DNA from: a virus
IMG/VR virus record: IMGVR_UViG_3300043446_004967
Location: 46,898-110,897 of that record
DNA length: 64,000 nucleotides
Direction: 5' to 3' (one strand)
Shown here: in pieces, positions 1-8,119 of the stretch
Position numbering within the stretch: the first letter of the stretch is position 1
Layout: each line of letters begins with the position of its first letter
The notes under the pieces: generated by a model
The model's input: the letters and a program-made list of their open reading frames with translations, nothing else
The model's database searches: none
Told to the model about the DNA's origin: nothing
Position numbers and translations under genes: made by a program

Positions 1-40
1 CCTCTCTTTCTCGGACCTTGGAAAAGACGTAGCCGATCTG

Positions 41-223
41 ATGGAACGGCAGACGGAAAATGAGGACGAGGAGGGGGAAGAGGAAGTAATCGTAACCGTT
101 ACATTGTACCAGCTTAGACAAGTAAGGAATGAAGAGGAATACGAAGATGACGAAGATGACGAAGATGTGAGGTATAGAGTGTCCAAGATGCTGGTGTATT
201 ACAGCCCGTTCATTGTAGACTAA
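41..223 (+). CDS. small acidic hypothetical protein
   Basis: 60-aa ORF, first of a co-oriented run of four + strand ORFs. Confidence 0.45.
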   Translation: MERQTENEDEEGEEEVIVTVTLYQLRQVRNEEEYEDDEDDEDVRYRVSKMLVYYSPFIVD

Positions 224-250
224 AAAATCAGACCCCGAGGAGAAGTAAAA

Positions 251-592
251 ATGGCCGATCATTGGGTTCGTGCCGTTCCGTCACCGGAACTCTGGAGACA
301 CCCGGCGGACGACCGAGGAAAGCCGATCCCGATCAGGAGCTTCCCAAGCGCAGACCGGTTCGCTTTGACACATTACGCGGTCTACGAGTCGGCTAGAGAT
401 GAAGGGGAGATCGGGGACGAGGAGATCCCCTGCTCCCCGGTGTTCGGCACCTACCGAGACGCGATCTTCTGGTACTTAAGGGAAATCTACGTCACAAACG
501 ATAAGACAGCCCACGAGCTGTTCGACCGCTACAGGTACTTCGGGGGCTTAGTGACGGGAAGTCCGTCAGACTTCGACGACGACAATAACTAA
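251..592 (+). CDS. hypothetical protein
   Basis: 113-aa ORF with GAGGAG RBS upstream. Confidence 0.7.
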   Translation: MADHWVRAVPSPELWRHPADDRGKPIPIRSFPSADRFALTHYAVYESARDEGEIGDEEIPCSPVFGTYRDAIFWYLREIYVTNDKTAHELFDRYRYFGGLVTGSPSDFDDDNN

Positions 593-618
593 CAAACTAA
601 TACAAAAGGATAACTACG

Positions 619-1005
619 ATGGATGATGAACTGTTTATGCAGAAAGTAACGGAGGATAGCCGGTCGCTGTCGCAACTCGGGTTCCCGCTCGAAGGCGCCG
701 TGGTGTATAGGCAGGGGCGGAGAGCGGAAGCCCTCGAAAAACTGATCGACGAAGTCAAAGACGAGGTGTTCTTTATCCGCGCATCAGGTAAAAAATTACA
801 AGAATTTTATACCGCACTGAAAAAGCTCGGCGAGCCGGAAGGGACCGACCCCCGAACGCAACGGCTAAAAGAAGAAAAAACCGCCGTAATCGCCGCGCTA
901 ACCGAGCATATGAGGAAATGCGGGGTGCGGCGGCCGGAAGACGAAGATGCATTCCCCTACAATCCGGAAACTGACCCGGACGATACGGAAAGCTACCTCA
1001 GATGA
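619..1005 (+). CDS. hypothetical protein
   Basis: 128-aa ORF with AAAGGA RBS. Confidence 0.7.
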   Translation: MDDELFMQKVTEDSRSLSQLGFPLEGAVVYRQGRRAEALEKLIDEVKDEVFFIRASGKKLQEFYTALKKLGEPEGTDPRTQRLKEEKTAVIAALTEHMRKCGVRRPEDEDAFPYNPETDPDDTESYLR

Positions 1006-1102
1006 AGGGAAACAGAGTAACCCAATAACTAGCGCAAGTTTAGTGTAGTATTGTCCGGCCGTACTTTACGAGGCGGTCGGACAGATAAAAGGAGGACATA
1101 GT

Positions 1103-1462
1103 GTGACCGACGAGCCAAGACTAATACGCACGTACACTTACGATAAAGTCACGTTTACCTTACACGATACGTCAGGGCTTTTCGTGGAAATCACAGGTAA
1201 ATCTAAAGTGGAGGTGTACATCACACATAAGCTCCAATTTCGAAAAGACACGGGAATGTATAGAGTCCTTGACTCCGCTTGGGCCCTGCGGGAACAAGAC
1301 GACGACGGGTTCAGCTCCGAGCACCCTCCCATCCTGCTGTGGAGCTACGTGCCGGGACAGGCAACCGAACCCGTGAAGGAGTTCCTAAAGAGCGGGCTTC
1401 GCCTCACCAGCGCAAATTCCGGAAAACGTTCCAGAACTATGGAATACACGAAGCCATCTTAA
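1103..1462 (+). CDS. hypothetical protein
   Basis: 119-aa ORF, AGGAGG RBS, GTG start. Confidence 0.7.
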   Translation: MTDEPRLIRTYTYDKVTFTLHDTSGLFVEITGKSKVEVYITHKLQFRKDTGMYRVLDSAWALREQDDDGFSSEHPPILLWSYVPGQATEPVKEFLKSGLRLTSANSGKRSRTMEYTKPS

Positions 1463-1517
1463 GGCTCCCTCCCGGGGGTAAACCCCTAAGAAACCGACAG
1501 GGACGGTAGTGATACCG

Positions 1518-1721
1518 CTACCGCGCGCTGTCCCCGCAGAAATGGGCGCGCACCGCCGCGTCCTTAGCCTCCAAAAGCTTCCGTAACGCGACCGAACGCT
1601 CTTCGCAATCATGTACGTTGGCCGCGACCCAGTGCGCGACCTCGCAAAATTGAGCAGAAATGCGCTGCGCGGGCGTCTCCAAGTGTTTATAGACGAAAAA
1701 ACGAAGGATCTCGGTGGACAT
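1518..1721 (-). CDS. conserved small phage helical-hairpin protein (possibly Acb2/Tad1-like)
   Basis: MSTEILRFFVYKHL...ERSVALRKLLEAKDAAVRA matches a widespread phage pattern (FFxYxHL...RKLLEAKDxAVRA); start reassigned to ATG 1721 because the longer ORF runs into the tandem repeat. Confidence 0.7.
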   Translation of the reverse strand: MSTEILRFFVYKHLETPAQRISAQFCEVAHWVAANVHDCEERSVALRKLLEAKDAAVRAHFCGDSAR

Positions 1722-1770
1722 TTTGTAGCCATTTTTAGGTGAAAAATCCCGTGCGGGCGGCCTAATTATA

Positions 1771-1920
1771 GACCAAAAATCGCCAAAAATCGCCAAAAAT
1801 CGCCAAAAATCGCCAAAAATCGCCAAAAATCGCCAAAAATCGCCAAAAATCACCAAAAATCACCAAAAATCGCCAAAAATCGCCAAAAATCACCAAAAAT
1901 CGCCAAAAATCGCCAAAAAA
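1771..1920. repeat. 10-bp tandem array (C[G/A]CCAAAAAT) x15
   Basis: directly visible; A5 tracts with 10-bp period. Confidence 0.97.
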
Positions 1921-2087
1921 AACCCGTTTTCAAAAATTTTACCCAAAATTTTTAGAGGGTTAGCAGCGTAGGGGCCCCTCTCGGCCTTCCCGGTTTTTTG
2001 GGAGGAGGGGAGGGGATAGATTTGTAATTATAAAAACGTATCTGCTACTTGATAGCCATAATTCCATAGATTTAATTGTATTGGGCA

Positions 2088-2117
2088 CAAAAAAAGGCGC
2101 CGAAGCGCCGATTTTTT
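2088..2117 (-). terminator. intrinsic terminator
   Basis: GGCGC-cgaa-GCGCC hairpin with an A-run on one side and a T-run on the other, just downstream of ORF 2116..2529. Confidence 0.65.
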
Positions 2118-2529
2118 ATGATTTTTTCCGGGCGTAGGCCACCCTGCTGGTGAAGCCCGGCGGCAACACCACGGAAACGCGGGCGCCTTCCACGCCTTCC
2201 GCGTACTCCGCAAGGCGTGCCATAGCGTCAAGCACGGCGTTAGCGCTTTTATGCGCGTCGCCGGTATCTGCCGGAGCAAAACCCTTCGCGTCTAACACCG
2301 GTGTTTCTTTTGGTCCTTTGACAAGTTTTAATAAAGGCTTATCGCCTATGACTTCGCCCGGCCGCGCAATGCGAATTGCCGGAGCGAAGCGATTTTGTAA
2401 CGCTTCCTTAGCGTTTTGTTTCGCTGTTTCCTTAATCTTTTCTTTTGAATTTGTCACAATGTCAAACACATGTACCGCCATAGCGGCAACTCCGCACGCT
2501 AGGGCGGTGATTATCACTTCGCTTATCAT
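2116..2529 (-). CDS. hypothetical protein with N-terminal TM helix
   Basis: hydrophobic N-terminus, AAAGG RBS. Confidence 0.7.
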   Translation of the reverse strand: MISEVIITALACGVAAMAVHVFDIVTNSKEKIKETAKQNAKEALQNRFAPAIRIARPGEVIGDKPLLKLVKGPKETPVLDAKGFAPADTGDAHKSANAVLDAMARLAEYAEGVEGARVSVVLPPGFTSRVAYARKKS

Positions 2530-2558
2530 TTTATTTACCTTTTTTTAGTTGTTTGAGA

Positions 2559-2574
2559 TGTTTCACGTGAAACA
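2559..2574. promoter_or_regulatory. parS: parS site (ParB/Spo0J binding site)
   Basis: perfect TGTTTCACGTGAAACA, intergenic, extended palindrome 2555-2578. Confidence 0.85.
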
Positions 2575-2586
2575 TCTCTTTTTTTG

Positions 2587-3183
2587 TTAAACGGTTGCGG
2601 GCGCCCTCTTAGCGGCGGGCGCGCGCGGTCGGATGGGCTTTTTTGCTGCAACCGGCGCGGCCGGCTTAGGCGGTTGATATATTTTTAGTTCGTTTTGTGG
2701 GGATTGCTCCCACGTTTTTACATCTTCGTTAAGCTCAAATGTTAACGCATGTTGCGTCAACATAAATCGTGCGCCCGGGTTTATCGCTTCGGACGGCGTG
2801 GCTTTTTCCGGCGTAATAAATTTATGATGTATTAAATAATTTAGCACGCCTGCATCTAGGCCGAACGCGCGCTCAACAATTTTACCATTTTTTAGCGTTA
2901 CTTTAACTTCTCCGAAGCGCGGAAAGTACGCTTCGCCGAAGGCGTTCCGAAGAACGCTCAGCGCCGCTTGGTTGCGCGGCGTAAGCGTGGCGCCCGCGTG
3001 TTCCGCCGTGGCGTACTTTACCGGCGTTACGGTTCTGTTATTTTTCGAGGCGTGGGGGTTTGGCTTTGAAACTACCCCGGAATCGCCGGCGTAGCACGTC
3101 GGTATGCACGGAAGGGCGTTCCCGTTCATTTTCGCTACGCAGGCGGCGCGCGTTAAGACTTCGCGCATATTGCTTCTTTTCAT
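2587..3183 (-). CDS. hypothetical early protein
   Basis: 198-aa ORF downstream of the repeated promoter. Confidence 0.7.
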   Translation of the reverse strand: MKRSNMREVLTRAACVAKMNGNALPCIPTCYAGDSGVVSKPNPHASKNNRTVTPVKYATAEHAGATLTPRNQAALSVLRNAFGEAYFPRFGEVKVTLKNGKIVERAFGLDAGVLNYLIHHKFITPEKATPSEAINPGARFMLTQHALTFELNEDVKTWEQSPQNELKIYQPPKPAAPVAAKKPIRPRAPAAKRAPATV

Positions 3184-3222
3184 TTTCTTAGCTCTTTGGT
3201 TTGTGCTTTTCTGGTAACCCGA

Positions 3223-3350
3223 ATATATTCCCCTCTTCGTCTCTTGTCAAGAGACAAAATGCGCTAGCGTGTCGTATTATATTGTATTGTATTGTGTCGC
3301 CCGCGCCCTGCATTTTGTCTCTTGACAAGAGACGCGCCGGCGTGTATTGT
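3223..3350. promoter_or_regulatory. divergent pair of sigma70-type promoters within 25-bp inverted repeats
   Basis: minus strand TTGACA-17-TATATT; plus strand TTGACA(3322)-17-TATTGT(3345); each -35 lies in GTCTCTTGACAAGAGAC. Confidence 0.85.
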
Positions 3351-3387
3351 AGGGGAGTCAAACGAAACAAACAAAGGAGAATTTAAA

Positions 3388-3561
3388 ATGATGATAAACC
3401 AAGAGATTATTAACTCACTCGCCGCATGCGTGCAAGAATTGCACGCGGCAGGCGCCCGCGCGGCATATGATAGTATGCTAAAAATATATGAAGAAGCGTG
3501 TCGCCGGTACGCGGCGGGCGAGCCGGCCAGTGCCGACATGCTGGCGATTTTGGAAGCATAA
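3388..3561 (+). CDS. small hypothetical protein
   Basis: 57 aa, AAAGGAG RBS, follows the plus-strand promoter. Confidence 0.7.
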   Translation: MMINQEIINSLAACVQELHAAGARAAYDSMLKIYEEACRRYAAGEPASADMLAILEA

Positions 3562-4000
3562 AACAAATCTTTTTTGCAAGAAATTGCAGAAAAGGGCTTG
3601 ACCACCGTTCCCGTCTCCGGTATAACTTAGATATCAGAGACGGGAAACGGAGAGAAAAAACAAAAACCGAAAAAAAACAGGCTGACACCCGGGAAGGGCG
3701 GGGGGTAAAATAAAAATACCAAAAAAGGCGGAAGCTCGGGCTTCTCGGACAGGCTCGACGATAATCACAAACTTATGGGAAAATGGGGACGGTCGGCTCG
3801 CCCTTAGTCCGGACCTGCCAAGGGGGTACTCCGCCCGGCGCAGCAGGGGTGGGGGCTACTATACTACTAGCCGAAGCGCCGTCTACTATTTACTATTTAC
3901 TATCTACTACTAGAAAAAGTCCCGTTTACTATCCGAAACCACAATTTACTATACTATTAGGGGAATTAATAAAAGAAAAGGCCCGTTATGGGCCTACTCC

Positions 4001-4537
4001 TTAATCCGTTTGCGTTACAATGTCCAGAATCTTTAACACTTGGGCTTGCGTTAATTTCCGCAATTCTAATGCACATCCAGTGTCCGGCGTGCCGGCGTAT
4101 CCTTTAATAGTAATCTCCCTATCCTTACCCCCACGGGCGATAAATTCCCTCCCGACGGCCTCTAGGCCATACCGTGAGGCAATATCTGCCGCTATTGTGC
4201 GGAGGTATTCCGCCCTCTTTTGCTCTTCCTCATTTTTCTTTTTGGCGGCAATAAATGCCTCCGTGTATCCGTCTAATAGACGGCGTTTTAACTCCCGGGC
4301 AATTTGTGCCGAGGGTTTTGTTGAAGATATATTTATACTCTTATTATCTCTTAGTATATGTGAAATCGTAGACTCAAATATTATATGTCGCCCTCTGTCG
4401 CACGCTTCAACAATCGCGCCCTCCGCGTTCTTTATATAAAAAAGATACGCGCTCTTTGTATTTTTTTCATCTATCTCCCATCCGTCGGGAGACAATCGGT
4501 TTAAGTCTTCACATACTGATCGCAACAAAGCTCTCAT
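4001..4537 (-). CDS. hypothetical early protein (paralog of 5702..6367)
   Basis: ATG after AGGGGA RBS; shares KSIN...A.E..RRLL..Y motif with 5702..6367. Confidence 0.75.
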   Translation of the reverse strand: MRALLRSVCEDLNRLSPDGWEIDEKNTKSAYLFYIKNAEGAIVEACDRGRHIIFESTISHILRDNKSINISSTKPSAQIARELKRRLLDGYTEAFIAAKKKNEEEQKRAEYLRTIAADIASRYGLEAVGREFIARGGKDREITIKGYAGTPDTGCALELRKLTQAQVLKILDIVTQTD

Positions 4538-4568
4538 TGTCTTATCCCCTTTTTTTTCTGATACCTCG

Positions 4569-4602
4569 AATATATTCCCTTTTTCGTCTCTTGTCAAGAG
4601 AC
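4569..4602 (-). promoter_or_regulatory. early promoter, palindromic -35
   Basis: TTGACA-agagacgaaaaagggaa-TATATT. Confidence 0.85.
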
Positions 4603-4699
4603 AAAAATGGGGAATCTTGCAAAAAATTGCAGGAGTAAACTACTACAATAGGCTATAATAGGGCACAAATTACTATACTATCCATACACATGCTAAAAG

Positions 4700-4722
4700 A
4701 AAAGGCGCGTTAAGCGCCTTTC
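4700..4722 (-). terminator. intrinsic terminator
   Basis: AAAAGGCGC-gttaa-GCGCCTTT. Confidence 0.65.
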
Positions 4723-4724
4723 CC

Positions 4725-5282
4725 TTAATCCCGGAAAATCATCTCGTATCCGGGCGTTGGCTCGTTAGCTTCCTCTACCAAGCTAAACCCGTTATCAAAC
4801 ACGGCCCGAAACACTGGTTTATAAGCTATTCCCGGGTAATAACTGACGTACCCTGTATGTTCTACCCGAATGACGTGCAGAAAAGTGTTACCTTTTTTGT
4901 CAAAGATTTTATCCCCCACGCGAAAGCGTGGTTGCATCCGCTCAAGTAATAACATACTCCGGGCTAACGCGTGAAATTTTGTCCCTGTTTGTACAATACG
5001 TGCGTCTCGCTCGCTGCATTTAAGTACATGTTGCTGTATCTCGTAAACAGCGCGTTGACACTCTCCCACAGTAGCGGAAGCTACTTTAGCCATTTTCCCT
5101 ATGACAGGCTCGAAGGCGATAGCGATAAACCTATCAACGCGCCACCAAAGGCGCTTTGCTTCTTCGTATTCTTCCGCATGGGTATCTTCCGTGCGAAAAA
5201 GATGCTCCATCATTAATAATCCTTCCAAAAAAGGAGAAAGTGTCTGAAGCTCTCGTTTTATTTTTTCTCTATTGTTAGTCAT
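4725..5282 (-). CDS. hypothetical early protein
   Basis: ATG after AAGGAG RBS, follows the repeated promoter. Confidence 0.7.
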   Translation of the reverse strand: MTNNREKIKRELQTLSPFLEGLLMMEHLFRTEDTHAEEYEEAKRLWWRVDRFIAIAFEPVIGKMAKVASATVGECQRAVYEIQQHVLKCSERDARIVQTGTKFHALARSMLLLERMQPRFRVGDKIFDKKGNTFLHVIRVEHTGYVSYYPGIAYKPVFRAVFDNGFSLVEEANEPTPGYEMIFRD

Positions 5283-5313
5283 TGTCTTATCTCCTTTTTC
5301 TTTCGATACCCCG

Positions 5314-5347
5314 AATATATTCCCTATTTCGTCTCTTGTCAAGGGAC
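5314..5347 (-). promoter_or_regulatory. early promoter, palindromic -35
   Basis: TTGACA-17-TATATT; 5280-5392 is a near copy of 4535-4648. Confidence 0.85.
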
Positions 5348-5701
5348 AAAATAGGGAATCTTGCAAAAAATTGCAGGAGTAAATTACTACAAAGCACTAC
5401 ACTATACCGCCCGCCAACCACGTTAAATTTACTATACTATTCGTCACTTACGTTACTAGCCGACACTATGGCTATGTATAATTTACTATACTATCCTGCC
5501 GATTACTATACAAAAATCTACTATAAAGTAACTCAATAAACCGCCTACTATTTACTATCTACTATTCCCGTTTACTATTTACTATCTACTATTTGCTAGC
5601 TAAACCTACTATACTATTAGCCAAGCCGAAAAGAGCCAAGGAAGGCCAAGGAGCGCGTCCCCTAGCCTTCCGCTACCCGTGTAGCCTGTAGCCCCTGCGG
5701 G

Positions 5702-6367
5702 CTACGCTACGAGCCTAATATTGGCCTTAGCGGCGGCTTCCAACCTGCCCGCTCGTAAAAATTGTAACACTGCCGTCGATTCCTCAACAGTTAAGTCTGT
5801 TAGGGTTAAACTCACCTCCGCAGGGGAATCCTTATCCGCGTTAACCTCAATAGTTGCAGGTACTCCCGGGATAAAAGCCCTGCGTTCCGGGGAAGGCTTG
5901 TACCGGCAGTCCACCGCATAAGTATGAATCTTTTTCGTATAGCTATTTACGGGGTTCCCCGTTAGCGCGGTAAACTTGGCGTAAGCCTCGTTCACAACTT
6001 GCTCCCGCCGCGCGTTAGCGTCGCAGCTGGCTTTAGCTTGTTTAAACCAAGCTAAATATTCCGGTAATAACCGGCGGGAAATTTCCGACGCTACCGCCTT
6101 AGCGTCGCGATCATACCCCACGTTAATGCTTTTCGTAGGGTTGCCACCCAAATAATCTTTTGGGACACATCCGGATATCCGCCAAGGCTTCCCGAAGCGG
6201 TATGAAATAAATAGTTCCGCCCCTTCGGGACTAATCAACGTCCCCCGTAAAAGCCAGTCCACAAACGGCGTTTCACCCGGCCTCCAGCCGGACCCCAAAG
6301 CGTTGCAAACATTCTGTAATTTTGTTTTAAACTCGCAAAACGTCTCTGCGTCGAAAGAGTCTTTCAT
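5702..6367 (-). CDS. hypothetical early protein (paralog of 4001..4537)
   Basis: 221 aa, AAGGAG RBS. Confidence 0.75.
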   Translation of the reverse strand: MKDSFDAETFCEFKTKLQNVCNALGSGWRPGETPFVDWLLRGTLISPEGAELFISYRFGKPWRISGCVPKDYLGGNPTKSINVGYDRDAKAVASEISRRLLPEYLAWFKQAKASCDANARREQVVNEAYAKFTALTGNPVNSYTKKIHTYAVDCRYKPSPERRAFIPGVPATIEVNADKDSPAEVSLTLTDLTVEESTAVLQFLRAGRLEAAAKANIRLVA

Positions 6368-6399
6368 GCCGGTCTCTCCTTTGTTTGTCTGGTAATCCG

Positions 6400-6433
6400 A
6401 ATATATCCCTTTTAGTGTCTCTTGTCAAGGGAC
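6400..6433 (-). promoter_or_regulatory. early promoter, palindromic -35
   Basis: TTGACA-17-TATATT. Confidence 0.85.
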
Positions 6434-6441
6434 ACTTTGCC

Positions 6442-6921
6442 CTATTTATACCAATAATACCCGCAGTCTACGTCCGCGTCCACGACATCAGGTGCTCCCT
6501 CCGCTCCGGCGGCTTTTGCCGTCAATAGCTCATTCGCAAGGCGCACCAATTCAGCGCGGTGACTCGCCGCCTCTGCGTGTGCCCCCCACCATAGACCTAA
6601 CTTCTCCAGTTCTGCGGGCAGAACGGCCACGTAAGGGCGGATAAGCTGGAAGAACATCCAACTAAGGGTGCCACGCGCATCGCCTACGGCGCGGCTAAAT
6701 GCTACTTCAAAAGCCCACGAGATTGTCGGCATCCCAAAGCTTTTTACGTAAAAACGGTCTAAGACCCCCTCAAGCAGGGGCAGGCACGCCTTAACCATTT
6801 GGGCTATGCCGTACTCTTTCTTTACGGCAGGCGGTAAGATTCGCATTGCCAATATGCAGTGCGCGTGCAGAATAGCGCAATTCCGCGCCATATCATGGAA
6901 ATTGTCCCGAAAATCCGTCAT
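6442..6921 (-). CDS. hypothetical protein
   Basis: 159-aa ORF. Confidence 0.6.
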   Translation of the reverse strand: MTDFRDNFHDMARNCAILHAHCILAMRILPPAVKKEYGIAQMVKACLPLLEGVLDRFYVKSFGMPTISWAFEVAFSRAVGDARGTLSWMFFQLIRPYVAVLPAELEKLGLWWGAHAEAASHRAELVRLANELLTAKAAGAEGAPDVVDADVDCGYYWYK

Positions 6922-7007
6922 AAAATAACTTACCCTTTTATTAGTATTGTCACAAAGGTTCCCCCCGGAAAAATAATTTTCGAGGGAATCAAGTTAGTTT
7001 CCCGCAA

Positions 7008-7460
7008 TTATTTGCAGTAAGCGGGGAGCCGCCCGTTAATCGGGCGATACGCGTGAATTAGTTGATAAAAGAAGTCATCTTCCGCGAGGTCGAAAACCCC
7101 CCGCAGATGAGACGGGGTTTGCGCCGGATAAGGCGCGTCGTTAATTAACCGCGCCGAACGATACGGCCTAACCTTTCTACGCCCCGCCACCGGCACGAGG
7201 CCGATACGTACAGCTTCGCCGGTGAGGCTGACGCCATACCCGGCCGCCCGAATAACCTCCGCCTCCCTGCGGAAAATTTCCCGCACGATACGCGCGGGCC
7301 TTAGGGCAGGAGAACGCCCCGTTAACTCAAGATAGATACTTCCCCATACGGGGAGGCGAGCCTCCACCGCCGAAAGTCTAAAGGTGCGCTGCCGATTCAA
7401 GCAGCGCAGATATTCCCAATAGGATTTCTCCTTCTTTTCATTATCAGATGATAAAGACAT
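7008..7460 (-). CDS. hypothetical early protein
   Basis: ATG after AGGGAG RBS. Confidence 0.65.
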   Translation of the reverse strand: MSLSSDNEKKEKSYWEYLRCLNRQRTFRLSAVEARLPVWGSIYLELTGRSPALRPARIVREIFRREAEVIRAAGYGVSLTGEAVRIGLVPVAGRRKVRPYRSARLINDAPYPAQTPSHLRGVFDLAEDDFFYQLIHAYRPINGRLPAYCK

Positions 7461-7487
7461 TTTATCTCCCTTTTTTCTGATAACCCG

Positions 7488-7521
7488 AATATATTCCCTT
7501 TTTCGTCTCTTGTCAAGAGAC
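7488..7521 (-). promoter_or_regulatory. early promoter, palindromic -35
   Basis: TTGACA-17-TATATT. Confidence 0.85.
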
Positions 7522-7646
7522 AATTAGCCTACCGGAACCAGTAGGCGAGACTACCCTCTTTCTTACGTAAGGTTGTTACAGACGTCCCCCCCCCCGGAAA
7601 AATAATTTTCGAGGGAATAAGGTGCGCGCTGCAATTATTGCAGAGC

Positions 7647-8042
7647 TTACCCAATATACTCCCACCCCAGCCAAAAATGGGCGCAGTCATCCGCTAGCGG
7701 ACTCTCGGAATAATTCAACTTGATTCCGCACGCCTTAAACAGCGCCCGACGTCGGGCGTGCAAGGTGTAGTGTGACTCCGGGTATATGATCACAATGTCA
7801 TGATATGCCGGGGCGCAGTCGTCACGGTGGCACTGCGCCACCTTTGCCGTTAAGTGAAAAATAGTTACAGGGGCCTCCTGTAACGAGTCCGTGAAGTCAA
7901 ATTTGACTTCAATCCTAGGGACCAGCGAACCCGCTTGGCCCACGCTGCCGAAAGAGAGCGTGGCCGCACGCCCCCCAAAAACGGGAGTTAGGCGAAGATG
8001 CTCCTCGCCAAAAATAAACCGCCCTGCGTCGATCCCCGGCAT
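7647..8042 (-). CDS. hypothetical early protein
   Basis: ATG MPGIDAG downstream of the promoter at 8083-8116. Confidence 0.6.
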   Translation of the reverse strand: MPGIDAGRFIFGEEHLRLTPVFGGRAATLSFGSVGQAGSLVPRIEVKFDFTDSLQEAPVTIFHLTAKVAQCHRDDCAPAYHDIVIIYPESHYTLHARRRALFKACGIKLNYSESPLADDCAHFWLGWEYIG

Positions 8043-8082
8043 ATTGTACCTACCTGCTAATGTTTGTTTGTCTGGTAACCCG

Positions 8083-8116
8083 AATCTACCTTTTATCGTG
8101 TCTCCCGTCAAGAGAC
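8083..8116 (-). promoter_or_regulatory. early promoter variant
   Basis: TTGACG-17-TAGATT in an imperfect palindrome. Confidence 0.75.
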
Positions 8117-8119
8117 AAA

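Noticed and set aside
1771-1920. CRISPR array or coding repeat (ORF 1518..1856 N-terminus)
   Set aside because: Contiguous 10-mers with no spacers; the IFGDFWRFLA translation is a by-product of the repeat
4538-8111. N-terminal extensions such as MTRDEKGNIF on early ORFs
   Set aside because: They are translations of the repeated promoter; the real starts follow the RBS downstream
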